From Camelus ferus (lineage: Eukaryota), in the NCBI RefSeq assembly GCF_009834535.1, contig NC_045696.1, positions 22,384,001 through 22,448,000 on the forward strand: a stretch of DNA of 64,000 nucleotides. Reading direction: 5' to 3'. A model generated the notes under the pieces. It saw only the letters and a program-made list of their open reading frames with translations. It did no database searches and was not told the DNA's origin. Shown piece by piece: positions 1 to 11,912 of the stretch (positions within the stretch are counted from its first letter, which is position 1; each line of letters starts with the position of its first letter). The translations under genes were made by a program, and so were the position numbers.

Positions 1-346
1 CAGCAGTGGTAAAGTTAGATCCTGCTGACTGGAGCAGCTCACTCCTGAGGACGGTGATCTTCTCATAAAACAGCTGGCATTGCCTGAAAGGGAGGTATTG
101 TTGGTAGGTAAGCCAGCTCCTAGGGGCTGGGACACGGCCAGCATCTCATATAGCAAACATGCTGCTGGTTCACTTCTGTTTGTTTTCCCAGATGAAAAGT
201 GATTGCAACACATTTCAGGGCCAACGCAAAAACTTTGCCTTTGTAATGTATTAACTTGCTCTCCATAGTGAGATGTTCTAAATCACTAAACTAGAAAACA
301 ATATCTAACTTAAGAAAACAAAAAGAAACCTAGTTAAAAGGTCAAT

Positions 347-500
347 GGGCGAGGGGGGTAGGGGGTAGGTATAGCTCAGAGGTAGAGTGCATACTTACTA
401 TGCATGAGGTCTTGGGTTCAAGCCCCAGTACGTCCATTAAAAAAAACGAATGAGTAAATAAACCTAATTACCGCCCCCCCAAACCCCAAAAAACAAAAAA
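347..500 (+). mobile_element. tRNA-derived SINE (camelid Vic-1-like)
   Basis: GGTATAGCTCAGAGGTAGAG (A box) ... GGGTTCAAGCCCC (B box), then A-rich middle, AAACCTAATTACC-CCCC and an A tail; imperfect TSD aaaaggtcaat (336-346) / aaaatgctcaat (497-508). Confidence 0.9.
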
Positions 501-689
501 TGCTCAATTGGCCAGGAAGTTACTTGTATATTACTTTTGTAAAATGATCATCAGTTTGGGTTTTTTTTTTTTTTTTTCCAGCAGGGGGAAAGACTTGGGG
601 TGTTGCCAAAGAAGCAAAAAATCCATACTTCAGTAAATGTTTTCTTTACTTCCTTTCACCAGGCAGTTCTGATTTAGCAGGACACATAC

Positions 690-885
690 TAGATTAAGCT
701 TCAAAATACTTGGATAGTAACTGTCCTACTTTGGGCAAATCATTTAATCTTCCTGAGCTCCAGTTCATTCACTTATAAAATGACAATAACCATACTTCCA
801 GTGACTACTGTACTATATGATTAAAATGATTACATGAGAAATTATTTGTGAAAGCATTTATCAACTTCAAGGCATGATACTGTGT
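690..885 (+). mobile_element. MIR SINE fragment
   Basis: MIR core-like TTTGGGCAAATCATTTAATCTTCCTGAGCTCCAGTT...TATAAAATG. Confidence 0.65.
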
Positions 886-1175
886 GTGTGTGAGGTCTGA
901 AGGGATCATCTTTGTTTTCCTTGGAGCAGATGTTGGTGCTAGGGCATTGGAGATGTAGGGAGGCCCCACACCAGTTCTTTCTCATCATCCCAGGCCTGAG
1001 AGGCTGGAAGAAAAGAGTGCATCCTGAGGTAGCAACTTCCATTTCTTTATTAATTTGCACAAATAAATCATTTTCAGCCTTTTCCCTCTCCATGAAGTCA
1101 GAGTCCTTTCCTCTAAATGTTAGAGAAACTTATTGACTATCTAGCCTTTTCTCCAGTTCTGCTACTTTGTCTAGA

Positions 1176-1458
1176 CCTGTGTCATCCCAACACAGGAGCC
1201 ACTAGTGACTTGAGGTTATTGAACTCTCAAAATGTGGCTGGTCACAACTGTCCAGAAAAAGGGAAAATATCTTGTTAATACCTTTTACATTGATTACATG
1301 TTGTAATGATAGTATTTTAGGTGTATTGGGTTAAGTAAAATATATTGTTTAAGGAAGTTTTATCTATTTCTTTTGACTTCCTAAAATGCAGCTACTATAA
1401 AATGTAGAATTCCATGTATGGGACGCTTCGTATTTCTCTTGGCTGAAACTGCTCCAGA
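1176..1458 (+). mobile_element. hAT-Charlie MITE (MER3/MER33-like)
   Basis: GCCACTAG...AAATGTGGCTGGT and ATTGATTACATGTTG...TATTGGGTTAAGTAAAATATATT; flanked by tctagac/tccagac. Confidence 0.75.
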
Positions 1459-1665
1459 CAGTCAGAGGAGGGAGGAAAGACCTGGGTCCTGATGGCCTTA
1501 TTCACATGCCTTTTGCACTTCCCAGTCCCTATGCGTGCTATGTGGGGCTCTCTTTCCTACTCGGTCCAGTTCTTGGGCAGCCAGTTCAATCGAGAAGAAA
1601 TCAAAGAAGGCTCAATGGGAAAGTCATTCCATCCCCTAGGGCACATGGCACAAAGTAGGCATCCA

Positions 1666-1692
1666 GTATTCATTCATTCATTCATTCATTCA
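1666..1692 (-). repeat. (ATTC)n microsatellite, probable L2 tail
   Basis: ttcattcattcattcattcattcaa. Confidence 0.7.
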
Positions 1693-2748
1693 ATCTTGCA
1701 TTCAATTAAAATAGAGAAATTTGACAAGCTCATATGTTGAAAATTCACTCACGAATTCTGTAAAGGGAGAGATACTGTGATTGGGCTTTATAGTGTCGTG
1801 TGTCTGAGTCACTTATTAAATCTTATTTTATAAAAGGGTATTTACCTGCATTTCATATCTCCCTTCTGAAGGTGTAGATCCCCTGAAGTCGGGGAATGTG
1901 TTTACATGTCTTGCTTTGTATCTAACAGGTGCAACAGCCAGTCTTGTTGAATATTATGGGTAAGATAAATAATATCACGAGTCTATTAGTGTATCTTTCT
2001 GACCAAAATGACAATTTGAACCTAACATGCTGTATAATTAATTTGATGTTGATGATATATGCATTTTAAAAAATAAGGCTTAAGATACATCGAATTGTCT
2101 TTTATCTGTCAAAAAAACAACTTATTTTAAAATCACCTCTGGAAGTACATCATTTGAGAGTGGATAAATTCTTTCCAGAATGAATCCTGGCTGATGAAGA
2201 AATATTTATTCCTAAAATACAACCCCCACCCACTTTTGTCATCTCAGCAACAAACTAAAAATTGTCTCAGGAACAAACTGACAAACCCTGTATGAAAGAG
2301 AAGGACAATAAAAGAAGAACAATAATCCCATTAACCTGGCAGAGCAGGAATGAAAGCTCAGCAGGGGAATGGAGCAGGTTGGAGGTGGGGCATGGCCAAA
2401 CAACACAGTGAGCACACAGCAGGCTCCCTGCCCAGCAAACCCCCAGAGTCTGAACAGCCTCCACCAGCACAGAAGGGAGGCCTGGGGGAAGGGCCGGGCT
2501 CGGCTGTCGGGATCAAAGAGTAGCAGGGGAAACAGCCAGAGCAGTGTCTGCAATTTGAGCAAAGATAATGGAATCCTCTCTGGGGTGAAGAGAATGAACA
2601 CACAGAGAGATTTAAAAACACAACAAACCCAGAGCTGATCGGATTCCTTTATTCCATACCTCCAACTCATCAGGCTTGTCCTCAATTCAAAATCTCTCTA
2701 TATTGAATTACAGGGTTAGAAAAAAATAAATAAAAGGGCGTCCTGTGG

Positions 2749-3005
2749 AGTGTTTTGCAAGCCGTAGGTTGTGTCTGCTTAGTGTGCGAAATCAATTCAG
2801 TGGGTGAAGATTTGCATTTAAAAACTGAAATAAAATTGAATGGCAAGTAGAAGGATTTACAGGTACTAAGGATAAACACTGTTTTATGAAATTATTGTTG
2901 TGTGCACGTGTCCTAGTGCGCATGTGAGCTTGTGTTTGGTATCAGTAAAATGTATTTCTTATTATGGGTCTCAGTGAAACTGCGAAACTCAGTGAAAACT
3001 GATCT
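2749..3005 (+). mobile_element. hAT-Charlie DNA transposon remnant (MER113-like)
   Basis: GAAATCAATTCAGTGGGT start and GTAAAATGTATTTCTTATTATGGGTC end resemble this family. Confidence 0.5.
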
Positions 3006-4389
3006 GGTCTGTCACTCTGCCTTCTTATTCAGGAATACTAAACTCAGTTCTAGACAATGAAGCCTTCAGGATTAGAGCTTTCATAATCTCCACGACTAAT
3101 CCTCGGTCGAGGTGTTCTTCCTGCCTTCCACAAAGGTAGAAGATGTCACAGACTCCATGCAGCCCCTCAACAAAGCAGTCAAGTCTTCAGGAAAGACCTC
3201 CGGGACCAGGCATTTCATTCTGATGAAGCTAATGCTGTTTGTCAGACACTGCGAGCAACTTCCATTTAAAGCCCCCAATTAAGGAGAAGGAATAAGAAAA
3301 AAAAAACAACAAAAAAAACCAACTTGGTAATAGCATGCCTCAAACGTGAGGCTGCCTCCCGGCCACTACTCATTAGAGAGCCCACAAACCAGGGACTCTG
3401 TTCTTAAGGAAAGGCTGGGGCGGTTTGAGGGAAAATGAACCAGAACCTTTTCTCCTTACTCCCAGCTTTACCTTCAGCTTACTTATCTCACCTTGATTTA
3501 TTTCTTGAAATTTTAGTCAGATTTAGTCTACAGTTTGCTTGATGATTTAAAAGCTGACAAGAGTGACTAGAGAAAGGACCAGACAGAGAAAAAGAGCAGA
3601 AAGTGTAGAAAGGATTCTGGCAAAACGTGAGGACATTTCCAGATCCTAGAAAACCACAGTGACAGAGCGACCTGATTGATTTCCATGTCTAAATCTCAAG
3701 GAATTAAAAATAAAACCCAATGTCAACCGAGGAAGCAAGGGCCATTAATGATAGACTTTGTTATTTCCACAAAGCATGAAAGTGGATGAACGGAGGGAGA
3801 ACTGTGGGGGGGAAATATTCTCTGGAAGAAGTCCTGAGTACAATTGTGTAACAATAAAAAGGCAGAGCTCTCCCCACCAGACACAGAAGAATGTACTAAG
3901 GGTTTACAATAGTGTGGCCACCCATAACACCATTTAAAGATGAGCAAACTGCCTTGTCGCCCCGAGAAATCAGAGTAAACCGTCTGAGCCCCCAGCTGTA
4001 GGAAATCCCACTGCTCAGGTAGGGGTATCCAGTGTGACACTGAGACGGCGCTATCACTTTCAGAGAACAGGAGGCTGCCTGGTTAACCTTCCTGGGCGCT
4101 CAGTTCGGTGAAACAGACATTCCCTCAGCTGTGTCAGAGACATGGATTTCAGCTGTAATTATAGTCTGTGAATCTGGTGTTGCCTTAGTCAAACAAACAG
4201 AATCAGCACATTATCATTAGGGTGGCAACACCATCTCTCTCCCTTGCTCAGGGGCACTGGTCTGGGAGAGAGAAGCTACTGAAAAGTTTGCCTGGCTGAT
4301 GCCAGCTTTGTCTCTATCTGATCTTTGAGGAGTTCAGTTTCTCCAAATGAAGTAATGTTTGCCACCCTCCCATCTCATAGAGTGGCTGA

Positions 4390-4414
4390 ACACACACACA
4401 CACACACACACACA
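4390..4414. repeat. (CA)n microsatellite
   Basis: About 12 CA units. Confidence 0.95.
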
Positions 4415-4856
4415 AGCAGTGTTAAAAGGCTAGTCATAAGTGGGCACTGAATTCTTGTGCATGAATTTGTGCCATTTCATCCCCTCCCTGGGAAACTGGC
4501 ATGGAATGGGGCTCATTCTCTGCTTTTCTCTGCTTTTTTTCCCAGGCCTTCTCTCCCTTCAGTTAAGCTAGTCTGAAGCTTTAAGGACATATTGTCGTAT
4601 TTTAGATGCAGAGAAACATTTAAGGTTAAGTGGTTGGTTACTTTGAGTCCTAAATTCTTAATTGAAAAATGAACTTATGATAGTGGGAATTTCCAGTTAG
4701 CTGAAAACAAGATACTAGAGAGAATTTTGAGGAAGGGCTTGCCAATATTTCCTTCAAATATACCATAACAGCAACACTTATTTATAAGCCCCTTACTATG
4801 CACTTGTCTTCTTCCTCTTCCCTCCTGTCCTCCCTCCCATCATGCTTCCTTCCTTC

Positions 4857-5022
4857 CTTTTTTTTTTTTTTTTAAGACAGTGTTATTTTAGAGCAGTTTT
4901 AGGTTTACAGCAAAATTGAGGGGAAAGTACAGAGGGTTCCCGTATACTCCCTGTCCCCACACATGCATAGCCTCTCCTGTTATCAACATCAGCCAACGGA
5001 ATGGTACTCTTTTTTTTTTTTT
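4857..5022 (-). mobile_element. Ancient L1 (L1MC-like) 3' end fragment
   Basis: poly-T then TTTTAGAGCAGTTTTAGGTTTACAGCAAAATTGAG; same family as 11438-11912. Confidence 0.8.
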
Positions 5023-6309
5023 AAACCATGAAGTGAAAGAGCAAGAACCTTGTGGCAGAAGGGGAGACGGATGAGAAATAGGATAGGTTTTCAGGGTTCT
5101 ACCTGTGACTGAATAGCAAGAGACGGGGCTAAAGAGGTGATGGGGTGGTGCTGTTGTCTCTTGTCAAGGACCTTGTTTTCTATTCTGCAGATCAATAATT
5201 TTTTTTCAAGTGATTTTAGCAGCAGAATGTTTTTCAAAACTAAATCTTGTATGGTACACCAATATAAAATTAGATTGAAAGGAAGTTTAATTAGTATGCA
5301 TTATTTTATAAATTAAAACCATGAAAATAGTGACATTTGTTTGAATACAACATTGATAAAGAGATTATGGATGACAGTTATGTCTTATATTAGCCCCAGC
5401 TTTGCAATTCTTTTATGTCTGCGTTTTGTTTATTGTACAGTGGCAAGATAATTTTAATTCATGGAGATAAGTAGTTGCAAATGGTGACAGTTTAAAAATA
5501 CTATCTGGGAATCTCAAAATACTGTTCTATAAAAAGAGATGGAAGAGAAGATTTGGTTCTTAGGTCTACAACAAAAGTGAAATTCTGGTTTGAGTGACTA
5601 TGGGGGTGATGGCACCAACACCTAAAATTGAGTATATACTGGAGGGTAATTTCCAGAAAAGAAGATGAGTTCAGTTTTTGATGTTTTGTGTTTAAGGTAT
5701 TTTATATCAAAAGATAGGAAGCTTCCTATAACCATGGAAATAATTGGTTCATTAAAAATCAAACATGAAATATATATGTTTTTAAAGTTGTATAACCTCA
5801 TTTTCCTCTGAAATCCTGTAGCCTGCTTTTGATAAAATTATAATGGTGCATTTAAGTAACTCTTCACTTTTGGAAATTTATGCAGCTGCTCAACTTGTGG
5901 CTCAGAATTCTGCTGCTTCATCATTTCAGATTTCTTGGCTTGCCTATGGATGCATCCAGACCAATGTCATCTTATATTTAGCAGAGTTGGAATGGTTCAC
6001 AGAGACTCGTGTGTGCTTTCTGAATGCTTACAAATATCTAAGATAGGTCTGCTACTAACCTTCTCCCTCAGTCAGGCTTAATGAAAATGTATTTATTTAA
6101 TGAATGGCTTAGTATAGAGAAAAATGTTACTGATGGTTCCTCCCAGGACTATGGCACCATCACCATTCACATTCATTTACTTAGTCTCAAACTCATGTAA
6201 AGAGGTGGCTAGGTTCTTCTTCGATTCTCAGATAACTGATGGTATTCTTATGCTAGGGCTGCCATAGCAAAGTCCCTGGTATTCATTTCAGTTCAGTCAC
6301 ATTCTAAAA

Positions 6310-9155
6310 GTAAACATTTTTTCTTCCTCCCTCCACATTTTGTGTTTTTGATCTTACATTTTACATCTACATGTCTTTAACTTATTATTATTGTTATAGT
6401 TTTATAATTTTTGTCTTTTAATCTTTGTACTAGATTATTTAAATGGTTGATCCACATTCTTTACTATATATTTGCCTTTGCAAGTGAGATTTTTCTTTTC
6501 CTATAAATTCTTAGTTCTTGTTGTAGCCTTTTCTTTTTTAGTTAGAGAAGCCCCTTTGACATTTCTTTTTAGAGTCAGTTTAGCATTGATAAACTCTTTC
6601 AGTTTCTGCTTGCCTGAGAAGTGCTTTATGTCTCCTTCAATTCTGAAAATCTTGTTGGGTAAAGTATCCTAGGTTGTAGGTTTTTCCCTTTCAGCACTTT
6701 ATTTGTTTATTTATTTTTTGGACAATGTAATTTTTATTTTTATTAATTTTTATTTTTTATTGTTTAAACATTTTTTAATTGAGTTATAGTCATTTTACAA
6801 TGTTGTGTCAAATTCCAGTGTACAGCACAATTTTTCAGTTATACATGAACATACATATATCCATTGTCACATTTATGTTCGCTGTGAGCTACCACAAGAT
6901 CTTGTATATATTTCCCTGTGCTATACAGTATAATCTTGTTTATCTGTTCTACATTTTGAAATCAGCAGTCTGTCCCTTCCCACCCCCTGCCCTTTTGGCA
7001 ACCACAAGTTTGTATTCTATGTCTATGAGTCTGTTTCTGTTTTGTATTTATGTTTTGTTTCGTTTTTGGTTTTTTTTTTAGATTCCTCATATGAGCGATC
7101 TCATACGGTATTTTTCTTTCTCTTTCTGGCTTACTTCACTTAGAATGACATTCTACAGGAACATCCATGTTGCTGCAAATGGGGTTATGTTGTCAGTTTT
7201 TATGGCTGAATAGTATTCCACTGTATAAATATACCACATCTTCTTTATCCAGTCATCTGTCGATGGACATTTAGGCTGTTCCCATGTCTTGGCTATTGTA
7301 AATAGTGCTGCTATGAACATTGGGTCAGCACTTTAAATATAACATGCCACTCTCTTCTTGCCTGCAAAGTTTCTGCAGAAGAATCAGCTAATAGTCTTAT
7401 GGAGGATCCCTTGTATATGACTTGTGTTTTTTCTTTGCTTCCTTTAGATTTCCCTCTTTAACTTTTGCCATTTTAATTATTCTCTCTTTAACTTTTGCCA
7501 TTTTAATTATGATACATTTTGGTGTAAGTCTCTTTGGGTTCATCTTGTTGGGACTGTCTTTGCTTCCTGTACCTGGGTATCTGTTTCCTTTTTCAGGTTT
7601 GGGATGTTTTCAGCCATGGATTTTATCAGATACATTTTTTGACCCTTTTCTCTCTCTCTTCTCATTCTGGGACACCTATAATGTAAATGTTATTATGCTT
7701 GATGTTGTTCCAGAGGTCCCTTAAGCTTTTCTCATTTTTAAAATTTGTTTTTCTTTTTGCTGTTTCGATTGGGTAATTTCCATTATTTTATCTTCCAGAG
7801 TGTTTATCTGTTCCTCTGTATCACCCAGTCTGCTGTTAATTCCTTCCATTGTGTTATTCATTTCAGTTACTGTATTCTTTGGCTCTAACTGGTTCTATCT
7901 ATTTTATATTTTCTAGTTCTTTGTTAAAATTCTCATTATGTTTATCTATTCTTTTTCAGAGTATTTTTTTTTTCTTGTTCTTTCATTTGAAACAAATTCC
8001 TCTGTCTTTTCATTTTGCTTAACTTTCTCTGTCTCTATGAAATTAAGTAAAACAGTTAACCTGCTCTGGCCTTAAAGGGGTGTCCTATGTGGAAGCATCC
8101 CTATACAGCCTACATGTGCCCAGTGTCTTTGGTTAGAGAGCTGGATCTGAAATGAGCACATCATGTCTTCCCTGCAGTGTGCTGGTAGCCATCACTTTTT
8201 TGTAGGCGGGTCTGGAGACAGAGGGGCTAGGGCCAGAACCAGGTATGAGCTGGGGCTTCTCCTTTGCTCAGTGGCTGACACCACCATATCTGGGGGTGGG
8301 GTTGGGTTCCAAAGTGCTGGAGTAGAAGCCCTTATGGTCAAATTTGAGTTGGTTCCATTCCCTCTAAGTGTGAGCTCTCCCTCCTGCCAGGATTGATACT
8401 TTTGCCTCAAAGGGGAGCAGCACTGGAGCAAGAGGGGCTGGAGTGGGCATTCAGCATGGGTGTGAGCTGGGATGGTCCTAGCGCACTAGAGCTCTAGGCT
8501 GCTCCTGATCTGCTGCCTCTTTGAGCAGTGGCCATCTCTGCCCTGTTTAGATGCCATGCTGGGTCTGAGCAGTTTCCTTATCCCTTAATTGCTCACTCTC
8601 CTTGGCAATGGCAGCCTTCAGCCTATTGGAGGGCTGTGCCAGAACAAGAGGGCTTGGCATGGGCTGGGGCATGTGCTGGGCTGGTCATAGGAAACTGGCC
8701 AGAGTCCCAGGCAGTTTCAGTCTGCTTCCTCTGATTTGTTCCTGGGGTGTAAGCAAGTGTGTATGTGCTCATCATGAACAAGGTCTAGGTTTCTTACAGC
8801 CCTTCTGTTTGTCCTACTAGTTTTCAAATCAGCTGAGGGGACTTGTCTTCCTGGTGTCAGACCCCAGGACTAGGGTGCCCAATATGTGGTTCAAACTGCT
8901 TGCTCCCCAGGGAGGATCTTTGAGACCATGTAATCCCCTCCTCTTCTGTGTTCTTTCCTAGGGATTCAGTTACCAACCTGATCTCTTTTCTTTCCTTCCT
9001 ACCTGAATCTGTGTGGATCTTTCTTTATAATCTTGGTTGTACAGGAGTCTTTCTGCTAGTCTCCAGTTTGTTTTCAGTGAAAATTGCTCCACATGTAGAT
9101 GTATACATGAGGGAAGGTGAGCTCTGTGTCTTCCTGCTCTGCCATCTCGATCTCC
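6310..9155 (-). mobile_element. Old L1 5' portion (5'UTR + degraded ORF1 + spacer; ORF2 absent)
   Basis: Minus strand starts GGAGATCGAGATGGCAGAGCAGGAAGAC (typical L1 5' end); GC-richer 5'UTR ~8000-9150; ORF1-like sequence 6500-7950 paralogous to 23500-24230. Confidence 0.8.
6702..7324 (-). mobile_element. Young 5'-truncated L1 3' end nested in the older L1
   Basis: Near-identical to 43846-44390; TSD tcagcacttta at 6691-6701 and 7325-7335. Confidence 0.95.
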
Positions 9156-9162
9156 AATAACC

Positions 9163-9708
9163 TACAAACATTTATTGCCTCACAGTTTTTGTTGGCCAGG
9201 AATCTAGCTGCAGCTTATCTGTGCACCTCTGCCTCACAGTCTTTCACAAAGCTGCAATCAAGATGTCTGGCAGAGCTATGATCTCATCTGAAAGCCTGAC
9301 TGGGGAAGGATCCACTTCTAAGTTTGCTCATGTGATTTTTGGCAACATCCAGTAGCTCATGGGTTGTTACACTGAAGTCCTCAGATTTTCACTGGCTGTT
9401 GGCTGGAGGTCTCTCTCTGTTCCTTGCCACATGGATCTGTCCAGAGAGTAGCTCATGTTATGGGCAGCTGACTCATGGCACCTGGCTTTCTTCAGAGCAA
9501 CTTAGAGAATAAGAGACTCATCAGGCAGAAGTAGTCTTTTTGCAACCTAATGTTAATAGTGGCATCCATCACTTTTGCTGTATTCTAGTCATTAGAATTG
9601 AGTTAGTAGATTCAGTCTGCACTCTAGGGGACAGGACTGTAAGAGAGTATAAATATTAAGAGATCATTTGGGATGGTCATTTGGGGTCATTTCAGAGGCT
9701 ATCTAATA
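9163..9708 (-). mobile_element. MaLR LTR (MLT1F/G-like)
   Basis: CAAACATTTATT..TCACAGTTT, GCTGCAATCAAGATGT, ACTGGGGAAGGATCCACTTC. Confidence 0.75.
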
Positions 9709-9732
9709 TTCTTTTAAAAAAATGAATGCTGT

Positions 9733-10531
9733 TCTTTTGATTGAAGTATAGTTGATTTACAATGTTGTGTTAGTTTCTGGTGTACAGCATAGTGATTCAC
9801 TTATCTGTATCTATACATTCTTTTTAAGATTCTTTTCCATTATAAGTTATTATAAGATATTGAAAACAGTTCCCTGTGTTATATAGTAGGATCTTGTTGT
9901 TAATCTATTTTATATAAAGTAGTATGTATCTGTTAATCCCAAATTTCTAATTTATCCCTTGCCCCCTTTCTCCTTTGGTAACCATAAGTGTATTATCTAT
10001 GGCTGTGAGTCTATTTCTGTTTTGTGAATAAGTTCACTTGTATCATTTTTTTTAGATTTCACGTATAAGTGACATTATATAATATTTGGCTTTCTCTGTC
10101 TGACTTACTTCACTTAGTATAATAATCTCTAGGTCCATCCATGTTGCTGCAAATGGTATTATTTCATTCTTTTTTATGGCTGAATAGTATTCCATTATAT
10201 ATAATACAATATATATGTATATGTATACCACATCTTCTTTGTCCATTCATCTGTTGATGGACATTTCGGTTGCTTCCATGTCTTGGCTATTGTAAATAGT
10301 GCAGCTATGAACATTAAGGTGCATGTATCTTTTTGAATTAGAGTTTTCTCCAGATATATGACCAAGAGTTGACCATTATCAAAAAGTCTACAAATAATAA
10401 ATGCTGGAGAAGGTGTGGAGTAAAGAGAACCAACCCTCTTGCACTGTTGGTGGGAATGTAGTTTGGTGCAGCCATTTTGAAAAACAGTATGGAGGTTCTT
10501 TAAAAAACTAAAAATAGACTTATCATATGAT
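9733..10531 (-). mobile_element. L1 3' end with inverted 5' segment
   Basis: Minus-strand 3'UTR/ORF2 end (MDKEDVV...[12 protein letters not shown]) to ~10369, then plus-strand ORF2 piece 10370-10531. Confidence 0.9.
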
Positions 10532-10573
10532 TGAGAATTTATTTATTTTTAACCAATAGACATCACAGGAGTT

Positions 10574-11092
10574 CAGAGTTTCCTAAACTGTTTTGGTTCA
10601 TGGTTCATTAGTGTCTCAATAATTATTTTCCCACAGCACCCCTGGGCCAGGAGAAATACTTAACAGTTCCATTTATTAACACCTAATAAGTATTTGTGTT
10701 TTGACAAACAAGTAGCTATTTATAAAGCAAATACATGTACACACAGAAAGTAATGTTTAGTTTCATTCTTGACACAGTTACTACCAGGATGTGTGTACCT
10801 CTTGGAGACTGCCCAACTTCACCAGCCTTGGAATGAGTGGACATTGCCACTCTCATTTCCTGTTGCCCAGTGATTTTCACGTGGTGCTTGCTTTTGATTG
10901 CGGCAACCACTGAAAGCCTGGTTTTGCAGAGAAAGAAATGTCTTTGAAAGGAATGTAGCATGATCTAATGAAAATGTGAATCACCTCGAGGTCGTAGTAG
11001 TGTCTGACAGATGCTGCTATGTTGTCCTTGAAAATTTAAAACACCCTGTTGGGTCTCCTGGGTGACCCTAAGGCATAGTTTGGGAACTGCAG
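10574..11092 (-). mobile_element. hAT DNA transposon (Charlie4a-like)
   Basis: TIR-like CAGAGTTTCCTAAACT / AGTTTGGGAACTG; minus-strand peptide SVVAAIKSKHHVKITGQQEMRVAMS resembles the hAT C-terminal dimerisation region; paralog at 39386-41010. Confidence 0.75.
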
Positions 11093-11437
11093 TGCTAGGT
11101 AAAGGAAGCTGAGAAAGGCATATTCCATGTGAGGAGCCTAACTATAGTACTGCATAGAGATAGGTGGTCAAATCATTATTTCATAAGGCAGACTACCACA
11201 ATCAAGATGGAGTGGAGCATTTTTTTTTTGTCTGTTTAGTGTCTGAGTCTCTGATACGTGGTTGCATTTTTGCTGGACTGGTACTGTGATATGATCTTAG
11301 GTGTGGTGTGGGTGGTATAGCCCCCCTTTTTTATCTGCCCATTCTGAACACAGTGCTCTCGTCTTCCTGAGGTTGTGGAAAACATGATATCCTTCCAATA
11401 AATTTATTTCTCTGTTTAGGTCAGCCCAGCTACTCTT

Positions 11438-11912
11438 CTTCTTCTTCTTTTTTTTTTTTTTTTAATAGACTTTATTCTTTTAGAGCAGTTTCAGGTTCAC
11501 AACAGAATTGAGCAGAAAATCAGAGAGTTCACATATAGCCCTCCCCACACACACATACATACTCCCCTACCCTCAACATCCCTCATCAGTGTGGCGTATT
11601 TGGTACAATTGATGAACCAACATGGGCACGCTATTATCAACCAAAGTCTGTAGTTTACATTTGGATTCACTCTTGATGTTGTACATTCTATGGGTTTTGA
11701 CAAATACATAATGACATGTAGCCATCACTATAGTATCATACAGAATAATTTCATTGCCCTAAAAATCCCTTGTGCTCCATCTACTCATTCCTCCCTCCCT
11801 CCCTCCCTCCCCCCAGATCCCTGGAAACCACGATCTTTTTATTGTTTCTGTAGCTGTGCCTTTTCCAGAATGTCATTTGGTTGGAATTGTATAGTTTGTA
11901 GCCTTTTCAGAC
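11438..11912 (-). mobile_element. Ancient L1 (L1MC-like) 3' end
   Basis: T-tail plus L1MC-type 3'UTR; perfect TSD tcagcccagctactctt at 11421-11437 and 11913-11929. Confidence 0.9.

Noticed and set aside
361..436. tRNA gene
   Set aside because: Has the SINE body and A tail with mismatched stems; it is a multi-copy tRNA-derived SINE (same for 15349, 33800 and 53552).
2239..2685. Cluster of overlapping ORFs in a GC-richer patch
   Set aside because: No homology recognised; expected by chance where stop codons are scarce.
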